From Octopus sinensis (taxonomy: Eukaryota), in the NCBI RefSeq assembly GCF_006345805.1, contig NC_043001.1, positions 133,920,001 to 133,984,000 of the forward strand: DNA of 64,000 bases, in the 5' to 3' direction. The number at the start of each line of letters is the position of its first letter. The stretch's first letter is position 1. Below are positions 1 to 11,800 of the stretch, in pieces. The notes under the pieces are model-generated. The model was not told the origin of the DNA. It saw only the letters and a program-made list of their open reading frames with translations, and did not search any database. Both the position numbers and the translations under genes were made by a program.

Positions 1-116
1 TTCTATTCAGTCATAGTTGTGTAGTTCCTAGAAATTCACTTACCATTGTCTACGTCCATTACTATCTCTTTCTTTCCCCAACACTCTCACCTCTGTCACA
101 ATTTCTACCATCATCT

Positions 117-300
117 GGTGGTACATAAAAAGCACCCACTACACTCACGGAGTGGTTGGCGTTAGGAAGGGCATCCAGCCGTAGAAACACTGCCAGATCA
201 GACTGGGCCTGGTGCAGCCTTCTGGCTTCACAGACCCCAGTTGAATCCGTCCAACCCATGCTAGCATGGAAAGCAGACGCTATATGATGATGATGATGAT
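117..300 (+). mobile_element. SINE family A (3' part, (GAT)n tail)
   Basis: ggagtggttggcgttaggaagggcatccagc...ccatgctagcatggaaag...gatgatgat; same sequence recurs at least 7 times in the window. Confidence 0.85.
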
Positions 301-910
301 ACTATTGTTACCTTCACTCAAGAATCCTGGTTCTTTTAACATTGCTTTCTCTTCTATTCAGCCCCTTGATCATATGGCTTTGAGTAAATGAACACTTCAT
401 TGAGTAGTGAGGACTCTTTAGTTTTGCAGATATAGAGTAACCTCACTAATGGTGGTGCTATGATAAAATGTATCTGGGGTGCTTTTAACAGAGTCTATGT
501 TGTTTTAGGGTCTTTGGTCTAAGGATAACAGCATGCTACTAGTTGAAAGGGCCACAAAAATGTCCATGAGTGATGCAATTTCATATTTGACTACTAAACT
601 ATTTTAAAAAATAGATGGGTGTGAAACAGTTATTTTAAGAGGCACCGTGCAGCACCTTGGGCAAGTATTTATCTTCACATATTACATAAACTATCGATTT
701 TACAATAACACTTCAACAAACTTAGTGTTTTTAACATTGTTGCTCACTATGTTCCAAAATGTCCAGTTCAGGGTTCCTCTTCTATGTTGTCCCTGCAAAC
801 TTTGATCAACAGATGCTCAAAATAAACACCAACTACATCAATTTTACCGTCCTAGGAGGTGCTAGATTCACTCCTCTGATTAACTTAAACAAAGAAAAAA
901 AACAACCAAA

Positions 911-1064
911 CATCATCGTTTAACATCCGTTTTCCGCGCTAGCATGGGTTGGACGGTTCGACCGGGGTTTGGGAAGTCAGGGCTGTACCAGGCTCCAGTC
1001 TGATCTGGCAGTGTTTCTACAGCTGGATGCCCTTCCTAACGCCAACCACTCCGCAAGTGTAGTG
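911..1064 (-). mobile_element. SINE family A, truncated
   Basis: Reverse complement of the 117-300 element, (CAT)n at left end. Confidence 0.85.
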
Positions 1065-1071
1065 AATAACG

Positions 1072-1116
1072 TTCCCATGCCGGGAATCGAACCCGGGCCG
1101 CCTGGGTGAAAGCCAG
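1072..1116 (-). pseudogene. tRNA-Glu(TTC) 3' half (anticodon arm, T arm, 3' acceptor strand)
   Basis: Minus strand ctggctTTCacccaggcggcccgggttcgattcccggcatgggaa matches metazoan tRNA-Glu(UUC); D arm and 5' acceptor strand absent. Confidence 0.85.
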
Positions 1117-2258
1117 TTGGACATATTTATAAAATCAAAAAACAGCAGAGTACCTATGACTTTCGGAATTATTGAAACATGGAATAATCTATGATGTCAG
1201 TTGTTTGCTGTCAGGGCCCTGCATTCTTCCAAAATTTGCTAACACTATCTTTTATATATCTTTGCTTCCTTTCCTCTTTATGACTTCTGTACTTTTCACT
1301 TTTCTTTTTGTGTACTTTTGGCTTTTGTTGCTGTCTTTTTTTTTATTGACTTATTCCCATGTTTTGTCCCACTTTTTACCCCTTTCCAATGAGTTTTATT
1401 GTATCAGAGATCTGTGCTCATTATTATTTTAACAATGAAATTACATTTAAAATTTTCAGACCCAGACCCCCTTATATCTCATATTAGTGGAATTTTGTAA
1501 CCCATTTCATAAACTGTTTCCTTACATCATTGACTTGCTTTTGTCTTTAATATTTTTATTAACTTTTCTACTTGAAGGTGCTGTGTCTGCTCAGGAACAA
1601 TGTAGTCCACCTATAAATGTTCAAAATCTTCAGAATTCTATTTCTCAAGTAAATTCCTCACTACTTTCACAAGTGGAGCCTAACCAGATTAGTGGCTGAA
1701 CTAACATTACAATGAAGATCTTATGTATCTGGTGTAAACAATACAAGATATTAGATCTGGACATCTGGTAAAATATTATATGGAACATTATAGGAATTTA
1801 ATTTTGTTCCAGTTACTTTCAAAACAGCTTCTTTTAACTCAAATGAGTTTAAAGGAACTTTCACTTTTTTTTTCTTAAATCTAATTTCTTTTATTTCAAT
1901 TTCTTTTTTAATAAAACTTTTTTTTCATTTGTAAATATTCTTAATTTATTTTTTTATATTTTACTTAATTTTTTAAAACTAGTTATTTCAATTACCATAA
2001 TAAAAATAATTTCCTGTGTGCTTTACTCCGCTCACCTTCCATTGTTTTTTTAATCCATTGTCATGATGAGGAAATATTTCAGTATTTATCATTAAAGCAA
2101 TAAAAATGAAGACAGGGACAAATCTCTAACTCAAATAGACAAATCCATAACTGTTGTGAAACGAAGCTATAATTGTCATATAGACAAATTTATGAATATC
2201 TTTAAAAAGAATCTCTGGTTTGTAAAGACAAATTTATGGCTGTCAAAAAGATAAATAT

Positions 2259-2552
2259 TGGTTGGCATCCTTTTTGTCTTGGGAGACAATGGAGTTGCGC
2301 ATAAAGTAGTCTAGTCTGGCTTTTACATTTCATGTCCTGATACATTTCCTGCTGTGGCTGTGTAGTCCTATCCTGGACAAACACTCCCTCTGGCAGGTAC
2401 CGCAAATGTAGTGAAGACTGTTCCTGGCTGGTTGTAATGCCATAGTTTCTTGTTGACGTCTTTTCTTGTCTTTCCATTTCTCCTCTCTCTCTCTGTCACT
2501 CCTTTGTATTCCCTCTTTTACGGTACGTCGCCAGTCTCCACGGTTGCCGGCA
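2259..2552 (-). mobile_element. RTE-clade LINE 3' end, 5'-truncated
   Basis: Encodes RGDWRRTVKEG...YICGTCQRECLSRIGLHSHSRKC (RTE C-terminal C2H2 finger); ataaatat duplicated at 2251-2258 and 2553-2560. Confidence 0.85.
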
Positions 2553-2791
2553 ATAAATATATGACTTTCATAAATACAACAAGTCTACAAATGTCATAAG
2601 CAAAGCCATAAGCTATGACTGACATGAAGACAAACTTATGACTGTCGTACACAATGGCAAATCTATGACTTTATTTAAATTTGGTCTCGAATTATTTTCT
2701 CATGGTTTTTCTATTTTTTAAGAATACTCATTAGTTTTTAAGGGTATTCTAGTTGTGCATTTAACTGAACTACCTGTTCATTGAATTAGAG

Positions 2792-2980
2792 CAGTACTCT
2801 GCAGCCTTTTTTCATTTGCAGCACACTTATATTCTTTTCAAAATTCAGCAGCACACCTGAACTGAAAATATAACTAAAAGTACAGGTGAAAAAAAAATTA
2901 TATTTAGGTTACGCTGCAGCACACCTAGCATTATCTCATGGCACACCAGTGTGCCGTGACATGCCGGTTGCAGAGCTCTG
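2792..2980. mobile_element. hAT-type MITE
   Basis: Imperfect TIRs cagtactctgcagcc / ggttgcagagctctg; exact 8-bp TSD aattagag (2784-2791, 2981-2988). Confidence 0.85.
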
Positions 2981-3178
2981 AATTAGAGTGTGTATGGCTG
3001 AGTATTCCTCAGACACATGTAATTTTGATGTTAGACAGAATCAGCATGAAACTTCACCAGTTCGGGTGCACTGGGAGAAGTACCCATTGCATTTTGTATA
3101 ATGGTTGCCATTAGGAAGGGCATCCTGCTTTAGAAACCATACCAAAACAGACATTGGAACACTATACAGTCCTGTGTG

Positions 3179-3551
3179 CAGTTGTGGCTAAAAGTTTGGA
3201 ACAGATCTGGAAATTAGAATTTTTATATTAACCCTTTCGTTACAGTATTTCTGTTGAGATGCTCCGTGTTTCTTTCAATTAATTTTAAATATAACAAAGA
3301 ATTTAGTAAAATAACTTAGTTATCATTAAGCTAGTGTTAGGAACATAAATTGTGACTAAGGTTTGGTGCAAGATTTTGATTCAAAACCTATGAAAACAAG
3401 ACATTTGTACTAAAGTGCCAGAGCCGGTTTCAGCCGGGTTGGTAACGAAAGGGTTAAATGCCCAAATATCTACATTGCATATATTTGAATTGAACTTGGA
3501 CATAACAATTTTAATTTTTAACACAATGTTCCAAACTTTTGGCCATGACTC
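3179..3551. mobile_element. Tc1/mariner-type MITE (host of nested piggyBac MITE)
   Basis: TIRs cagttgtggctaaaagtttggaaca / tgttccaaacttttggccatgactc, TA at right end. Confidence 0.7.
3232..3453. mobile_element. piggyBac-type MITE
   Basis: TTAA|ccctttcgttac ... gtaacgaaaggg|TTAA; related decayed copies near 27836-28400, 36700-36917, 52340-52520, 56088-56302. Confidence 0.88.
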
Positions 3552-3819
3552 TACAAATATGTGTGTGTATATTGATGTATATACATGACTCCTTGAGTTA
3601 AAGGAGTAATGCATTCCTGAAATTAATGTCCCCATTTAATTTTCATGTGATAAAATGGTAATGGATCTGATGGATTTTTCAAAACTACAATAACAACAAA
3701 CAAATAACATGATCACTTTTATGCATGAAAAAAAGTTTCTAAACAGTATATGTATAAATGAAAATATTTCATATTACCAGCAGCAGTTCCTCCCAGAAGA
3801 AGAATCGTTTTTAAAAGCA

Positions 3820-4047
3820 TTAACCCATTGGCATTCAGATTTCTCTGTCAGATGTAAAGCCTGTTTAATCACATTGTTTTAAATTAATTGTACAGCATCT
3901 TGTAACTCTGGGATATTGATGATGTCCCTGTTTATTTTTAGAATGACTTTGTAGGGTAGGTGTGAGAGATCAGAGCTGGATGGTTTGAGCATATAACAGG
4001 AAGACAATTTTGGCCTGATATGGCCAGTTTAAACACTAAAGAGTTAA
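3820..4047. mobile_element. piggyBac-type MITE, second family
   Basis: ttaacccattggcatt ... aacactaaagagttaa; homologous to 16125-16351. Confidence 0.7.
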
Positions 4048-4319
4048 ATCCAGCTGTTGATTTTTCTTCTCATAAAGTTCTAACAAGCATGAGTTTCTTG
4101 GAGAGTGCAGTTTCATCAGCATTGTATACTCATTCAGTTATGTAGCCTTCTTCAGCTACCATTTTTTTTTTCAGTTGTTCTGGATAATTAGTAGCAGCCC
4201 CTGTATCAGCACTGACAGCTTTACCAGTCATTATTCTGATGTGCAAATTTGAGTGTTTCAACCTTTCAGGCCAGAAAAGATTTTCCATTATATGTTTTAC
4301 TTTCCCTTTTCTGCAAATT

Positions 4320-4523
4320 TATTTCTTTACTACCCACAAGGGGTTAAACACAGAGGGGACAAACAAGGACAGACAAACGGATTAAGTCGATTACATTAAG
4401 TCGACCCTGAAAGGATGAAAGGCAAAGTCGACCTCAGCGGAATTTGAACTCAGAACGTAATGGCAGACGAAATACCGCTAAGCATTTCTCCCGGCATGCT
4501 AACGTTTCTGCCAGCTCGCTGCC
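4320..4523 (-). mobile_element. SINE family C (tRNA-derived)
   Basis: Reverse complement of gcgagctggcagaaacgttagca...gagttcaaattccgc...; flanked by duplicated ttttctgcaaatt. Confidence 0.85.
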
Positions 4524-7500
4524 TTTTTCTGCAAATTACCATACAAACTTTTAGCTTTTTTTAAAAACCATTGTGTTTATTATTGCCTTTCATCCTGTCT
4601 AGGATCAGTAAATATTGTAGCAGTTTGCTTCTGGGATGTCAGTTCTCTCTCTTTCTCTATAGTTATGAGCTATGTTTAAACCTAGACAAGGAGGGATCCC
4701 AACAGGTTTTGAAATTACCCAAAACTTGTAGTAATGGCACATCTACATCTGAGGGTGTAATACACACATGTAACTAAATCTGACCCACAAACTTTTCTGT
4801 AAAATATTTACTGTTTCGTTTCCTGCAAACTCCAATGCAATTCTCACCATTTTTTTCATCCCATAAATAAAAACAATGGACAATATTAGAGATAGAAAAA
4901 ATGTTTTATTCAGTTGTATTTGCTTGCCAAGATTTTTGTACACTAGTTCCACAGATACAGCTTCTGGACAGTTGAAGAAATGGGACTTAGAACAACTTTA
5001 TGGTCAGTTAGTAGATTAGATGTCTCCAATATTTGTAACAACAGCAGGAAATGGTGAAGAGATCAAATATTCCTAGTTATTCATGTAAAATGGTACATTT
5101 ACAAGTGAAATCATTCAGTTATTGAGCATTTTCTCTCATTTGTTCCAAGTTGTTGTGACGCAACTTGAAATTTAAAACTAACATTTCATAGAGTATTGTG
5201 CAATCGCAAGGTTCATTTATAAAACTGCATCCTCATAAATTATCTGTATCCTAGATTAATTATATTTAAAAATTTGCATATATTTCTTAAATGCCAAAAA
5301 GTTGCATTTAGACATTGCTAATATTTTAAAATTTATAAAAATGATGTTTTCTTGTCCAAATTGATTTCAATCAAAGTATAGGAAGAATGCCATGTATTTT
5401 GATGGATATTAACTGTCAAATTCTAATGTAAATGATTTTAAGCAATATAGTCTTAATTTTATTCGAAATTGCTACATACAAATATTGGACACCGAAAATT
5501 TATGAAGTAATGTTCAGTGTATATATATAAAAAAAAAAAAAAATCATATGAAACCAAATAATTTAATGATATTTGTATGTATATCATCTGATTTATAAAT
5601 TTTTCTAAGAACAGTGATTGAGTGAAAACAGTTTAAACTTCTTTGATAAGCTTTGTTTGTTTTCTAGAACTCACACGAAATTTATTGATTAGATATTCCA
5701 CATGAAGCAGAGTGTATTGCTGATTTGTCTATATAAATCACAGCTTATTATTTTGTGTATTTTTTTTATATTTTAGAGGATCATCATTGTCATTAAAGGA
5801 ATAAATTATTATTTGTCCCATCCGTACGAGCTACTATAAACAATTTAAAAATATATTTTGCTTCAGTGTGTACTGGAAATAATATAAAGTCTATTGCTGT
5901 AGGAATTGGAGTTATCTTACTTTATTGCACTTCAAACTTTAACCTCTTAAGAAGGATTAAGATTTTTTGATTATTAAAAATAAAATAAAAAAAGAAATCT
6001 GTTTATGAGAATACAAGCCAATGACTGGTTTAAACATTCAATGAAATCTCGATTGTAAATATGAATCTTTCATTTAATATCCATTTTATTATTTTTTTAC
6101 AGTTGGGTCATCTTAAATATCAGTCCAACATTAGACAACGAAGAGGATCATTTTTGTTCATACAGTTGGTGTGACCCACTCACTTTAAGATTCAGCCAAC
6201 TTTGAACCAACCACAAAATGGTTTACAAGCCATCTCCTTTCATAGCAGTCCCAATTAGTAGCTTCTATTATCTTTTTTTCTTCATTTAAGAAATCTTTAG
6301 CCATTTCTGGCACCACTAGAGATCAACAATTGTCTACATCTTATCATTCTGGAACTGGCAAGTAAGGTAAGGCAAAGAAATAGTAAGGACTCTGACAACA
6401 TCCCCACTTTGGTCGTGTATGGTGATTAACCTTTAAAGGAAGACATTTTTTGGGGGGGCGAAAATATATTGAATGTTATCATCTCCCTATTTTATATTTT
6501 GGAGAAATGTTGGGACAAAAAGGAAAGAATTTTTAATGACAATTGTTTTAGTCATGCAAGGCACTTTGTTTTTTTGTTGTTTTTGTCTTTTTGATTTAAT
6601 GTGTTTCTTTCCTTTCTAGAACTGTTATTCCAGTTACAAAAGAAAATAGAACAGGGAGAAATGATCGCAAAAAAGCATGCAAAAATAACTTTTTCAACAT
6701 CTGGACGGATTGTTTCATCACCAACATTAACTTTATATCTATTTAGTTTCCCAGGTTTGGCTGTTTCTTACTGTCAGGAGAACTAATCATTAATCTTTTA
6801 TTATATATGTTAGAAATTACTATTGTTATTATTTGCTAGAGATATAAGCCTTTTCAAAATTGTATGCTTACAATCTTAAAATATTTTCACAATTTTAGCT
6901 CAGATTATGACAGTCTCTTTGAATGGATGTTGAAACCATGATGAATAAATATTTTATTCATGGTTTTTCAAAAAATTATTCTGTTAGTATTAATTATAAA
7001 TATATGTGAGTTTGTTTATATAAAGCAAATTTGAATAGTTAACTCACAATCACTTACCCTAGAAATCATAAAATGGAGTTGTTTCCAATGAATTGCTAGT
7101 ATAATATACAATAGTTTTATAATGTTGATATCAAAGATCAAAATATGCTAGCAGAAAGAATTAGTGATATGAAGTTAAACATTTTTATTTATCTATAGCT
7201 AATATCTTATTATTTTGATTAGAAAACTTATAACTCTCTCTCAATTCATTAACTTAAAGCATCTTTAAAATAAAATGTTTACATCATTACAGATAAAAAT
7301 GTCATAATTTTGCTAGTATTTGCAACAATTTTAACGACTGCTTTCATCCTATATTTCATGCAGTTTTAATTCTCAAACTGTTCAATAGCTTTTGCATGTT
7401 TTGGCTTTTATTTTTAATATTTTTTTAACATTAGTCTCAATAGTCATCTTATAGTTTCTAACCATTGTTTAAAATTTCTTAATTTTTGACCTAAAAATAG

Positions 7501-8684
7501 TAATTTGTTGAAATAATCCAGACTGTAGAGATCACTAGTTTCTTTCTTTTTCAAAATATTGATCAGTAAAATGACCTGTAAAATATGTTAGATCCCATCA
7601 AGTAATGTTTATTCAGAAGAACATTTATCGAAATTTAGCAGACTGAACCAAAAATCCTTCTTATGTTAAAACAATACTCAAGGATCATAATCTTCGAATA
7701 TGCTGTTTAGCTAGCTTTTACCTCTAGTCGCAAGAGGGGTGTATGTGTGTGTGTGTTTGCAGAAAACATCAGATTAACCAGGTGTGTATATAGGTGCAGG
7801 TGTGGCTGTGTTGTAAGAAGCTTGCTTCCCAACCACATGGTTCTGGGTTCAGTCCCCCTGCATGGCACCTTGGGCAAGTGTCGTCTTCTATAGCCTCAGG
7901 CTGACCAGCCTTGAGTGGATTTGTGGATTTGGCAGATGGAAGCTGAAATAAGCCTGCCTTTGTGTGTGTGTAGTTGACATTTACAAAAAAAAAACAACAA
8001 AAAAGATAAGGCTGGTGTATTAGTTTGATGCTCAGGAAAATAGGTTTGAAAAGTAAGTCCTGGGGTTGATTTGTTCAGCTAAAACTCTTCAAAGTGGTGC
8101 CCAACATAGCGGCAGTCAAATGACTGAAACAAGATGTGTGTGTGTGTATTTATGTATGCTTTAGGTTGTCAGATAAATACATTTACTTTTTTATTTTTTT
8201 TTTATTTATCTTAATCCTAATTTTTCATCAACAGTTTTAATAAACTAGTCAGTAATATATTATTGACTGTGAGAATAGTTAATGAAAAACAAAACAAATT
8301 AATCCGACAACCTCATATATATATGTGTGTGTGTGTGTGTGTATTTGTGTATATATACACCTGATTAATTTATTTGTTTTTGGCAAATAAAAATCCTGTA
8401 AAAAAGAACTCTCCTTTCAGTGCAGCCATTTGGAAATCTAACAGTAAATATTAGAGTAGTTTGGTGATCAGAACAAATAGAAAATTTTGGAAAAAAAAAA
8501 AAATGACTAGAATAATTGTTGATAGTTGTGATAGTCAACCATTGTCCAACAATAAGGCTGGCCATTGCCTCACTCATTATAGCGAATAAATGCCATAATT
8601 ACACTTGTATCTTTGGTACTATGAGGTGTCTGCACATATATGTGTGTATGTGTGTGCATGTTTGTGTGTGTCTACTGGATTTTT

Positions 8685-8833
8685 TTACCATCGTCCACTT
8701 AAACTTCCCATGTCCACTCTTGGATTGTTCATCCATGCAGTAGCCTCGTTTTCCTGAAACGAGTTGTTTGAGTTTATTGCTGTCGATGCCGTTATTGCTG
8801 TTGTCGTAAGTTGGGGTTTCATGTGATTCAACT
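8685..8833 (-). CDS. BicC: BicC last coding exon: (E)LNHMKPQ...[11 protein letters not shown]
   Basis: cttttgtcag acceptor, TAA at 8685-8687; SGRW C-terminus typical of BICC1. Confidence 0.94.
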
Positions 8834-11800
8834 CTGACAAAAGAAGATTGTACAATAGAATTATAAAAAACTAGCAGTATCGCCCGGCGTTGCTCGGGTT
8901 TGTAAGGGAAATAACTATATAAGCATTTTTAGAGAGTTACTTCTCTTATATAACCCGAGCAAAAATCATTAAAAATGCGGAAAAATGATGGTAAATTTTT
9001 TTTAAATCGTAGACTCATCGTAGATGTGCGCTAATACCCAGAAGGGCTTGATATGAATGACGACTTTTAGATACCCGCTTTTGGTTAAACTGCACTGCAA
9101 AATGTGGGAGTAGTTAGGAATCTAAATCGGAGGAGACAGAGTCTCACACACACAACTTCAATTTTATATATAAAGATTATGAAATAGGTTTTTAAAAGAT
9201 GGGATTTTGGGGGATTGTAACATTCATAACGGAAGCGAATGGTATAAATTTTGGCAAGAAATTCATTTAAATTATCAAACTATTTAAAAACTGTTGGAAA
9301 CAAAGTAAAATGTTAATAAATAGGTCCTTTTATCACTTTGGTTTGTCAGGAAAATTCATTTGTATTTTCCCATTTATTTTAATCCTTTTTGGTGTTACTT
9401 GAATTAACATGAAAAATATTTTTATCGTATTTTGTGATGCTCTATTCTTCCTCTACAACTTTTGTCTAGGGCTAAACAACTATGATGCCAACCATTATCT
9501 ATTCTGTCATTCATTCTACTATGTTGTTAGGCGTAGGAGTGGCTGTGTGGTAAGTAGCTTGCTTACCAGCCACATGGATCCGGGTTCAGTCCCACTGCAT
9601 GGCACCTTGGGCAAGTGTCTTCTACTATAGGCTTGGGCCGACCAAAGCCTTTTGAGTGGATTTGGTAGACGGAAACTGAAAGAAGCTCATCGTGTGTGTG
9701 TGTGTGTGTATATATGTATGTATATATATATATATATATATATGCATGCATGTGTGTTTACGTCCCCGTAACTTAGCGGTTCGGCAAAAGAGACCGATAG
9801 AATAAGTACTAGGCTTACAAAGAATAAGTCCTGAGGTCGATTTGCTTGACTAAAGGCGGTGCTCCAGCATGGCTGCAGTCAAATGACTGAAACAAGTAAA
9901 AAGAGTAAATAAGGACTGCTCTAACTTCGAAGTTCAGCCATTATCATTAGGAAGGGGTTCCAGCAGTGAATAACTTTATTTAGATGTCTATAGATGTGTC
10001 TCACATGTAAAAACTACTCAAGCCTTGATGATATTTGTATTTTTTATTTTTATTGTATAGTCTGAAGAGGAAGGACAACAGCCTTGACCAGTTTTAGGGT
10101 CTTCGAAACTGGTGGGAGCTTTAAATTGTCCCCAAACTGGGAATTTGGCCTGAATACAATGGAGTAAACCTTGCTAGTGGAGGCGCAATGGCCCAGTGGT
10201 TAGGGCAGCGGACTCGCGGTCAGGGAATCGCGGTTTCGAATCCCAAACCGGGCATTGTGAGTGTTTATTGAGCGAAAACACCTAAAGCTCCACGAGGCTC
10301 CGGTAGGGGATGGTGGTGATCCCTGCTGTACTCTTTCACCACAACTTTCTCTCACTCTTACTTCCTGTTTCTGTTGTACCTGTATTTCAAAGGGCCGGCC
10401 TTGTCACTCTCTGTGTCATGCTGAATATCCCCGAGAACTACGTTAAGGGTACACGTGTCTGTGGAGTGCTCAGCCACTTACACGTTAATTTCACGAGCAG
10501 GCTGTTCCATTGATTCGGATCAACCAGAACCCTCGTCGTCGTAACCGACGGAGTGCTTCCTCCCTATAAACCTTGCTAAAGGTAGCCTAGAACCAGGTGG
10601 TAGTGACACACAAAAACAGTAGAAATCATCACAAAAGAGTAAACTCACCTGTAATAGCCAGCAACATTTTCTTGCGTGCTCCAAAAGTGGAGATACCCAG
10701 CATGCGTAAGTCATTGTCATTCATTGTTCTAAAAGTAGGAAGATCAATCTGAAAAATTAAAAATTCTGGGTCAGAACTGGATTTTTCTCAGTCTGTGAGT
10801 ATTTTATCATTTTGTTATAAACTCACTTTAAGATCAATAGCTAGATACTTTCCTATTATCAACAACCATTTTTTTTTATTTATGAAAAGATTAGTAAATT
10901 ACACTCTTGAGACTAGTGTAATAGTTGATCAGCAGACTTTCAAAATAACTATCATGACAGCACACACCCCATCGGGCAGGTGGCCCTGCTCGATCTGTAG
11001 GAAAGGCGTAGGTAGAAACTCCAAAAGATGCACCCAGTGTAAGCTATGGACGCATAAGAGGTGCAGCAACATCAAAGGGAAATTAACTGATAAGATAGCT
11101 TTCATGTGCGGCAGATGCACAGGGACAATAGACACCACAAATACTCAGAAAACAGATTCCATCACACTCCAGGGGAGAAACTAGAAGTAGTCGATAGTTT
11201 CCGCTACCTGGGTGACCAAGTTAGTAGTGGAGGTGGATGCTCAGAGAGTGTCACCACTAGAATACGAATAGCCTGGGCAAAGTTTAGAAAGCTCCTACTG
11301 GCGACAAAGGGTCTCTCACTCAGAGTGAAAGGTAGATTGTATGTTGCATGTGTGCGAACTGCGGAAAACGGACGTTAAACGATGATGATCTCATGGAGTA
11401 AAGTATCAGTAACATTCTACTGGTAAAGGACACAGAACTGGAGGGCAAAAATGTAGGAAAAAAATTTAAATGTTTTGAACAAAAAGTTCTTACACCCTAT
11501 TCCTTGCGCTTTTCCTTCTCCATGGGGTAGGCAGACTTTTGGAATAGCTATTACTATCAACTATTACACCCAGCTCACAAGTGTAATAGTTTATTTACTA
11601 ATCCTTTAGTAATTAAAAAATTGGCTGTTGATAATAGGAAAGTACCACCATTTGATTATAGAGACATAATGTAAGAGTCCATGGTTGATGATCCCAAGCA
11701 AATATTCTTAGTACTGTTTTAAGGTAGGTGAATATGCAAAACCTAATGTCTTCTATCCCTGTGAGGAACAGTGATCCAAGATATTATTAGTTTTGTAAGA

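Larger units (their letters stand above)
3775..4900 (-). pseudogene. Decayed pogo/Tigger transposase, interrupted by later insertions
   Basis: Minus strand gives KAKSLYGNLQK ... ERLKHSNLHIRIMTGKAVSADTGAATNYPEQLKK..EEGY.TE*VYNADETAL..K....RT..EEKSTAGF (CENP-B HTH plus first Asp of the DDE domain), with stops. Confidence 0.8.

Noticed and set aside
1487-1699. Gln/Ser/Asn-rich ORF as the terminal exon of a plus-strand gene
   Set aside because: There is a possible aag acceptor at about 1577, but no homology or linked exons that I can support.
3781-4145. Plus-strand exon-like frame (QQFLPEEESFLK...)
   Set aside because: It is the antisense of the Tigger transposase remnant.
10178-10255. tRNA genes at SINE heads (also 47206, 22380)
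   Set aside because: A/B boxes are present but there is no complete acceptor stem, and the sequence runs on into multicopy SINE bodies.
10795-11184. Cys-rich 129-aa ORF as a host zinc-finger gene
   Set aside because: It continues by frameshift into a LINE RT C-terminus and ends in a retroposon tail.
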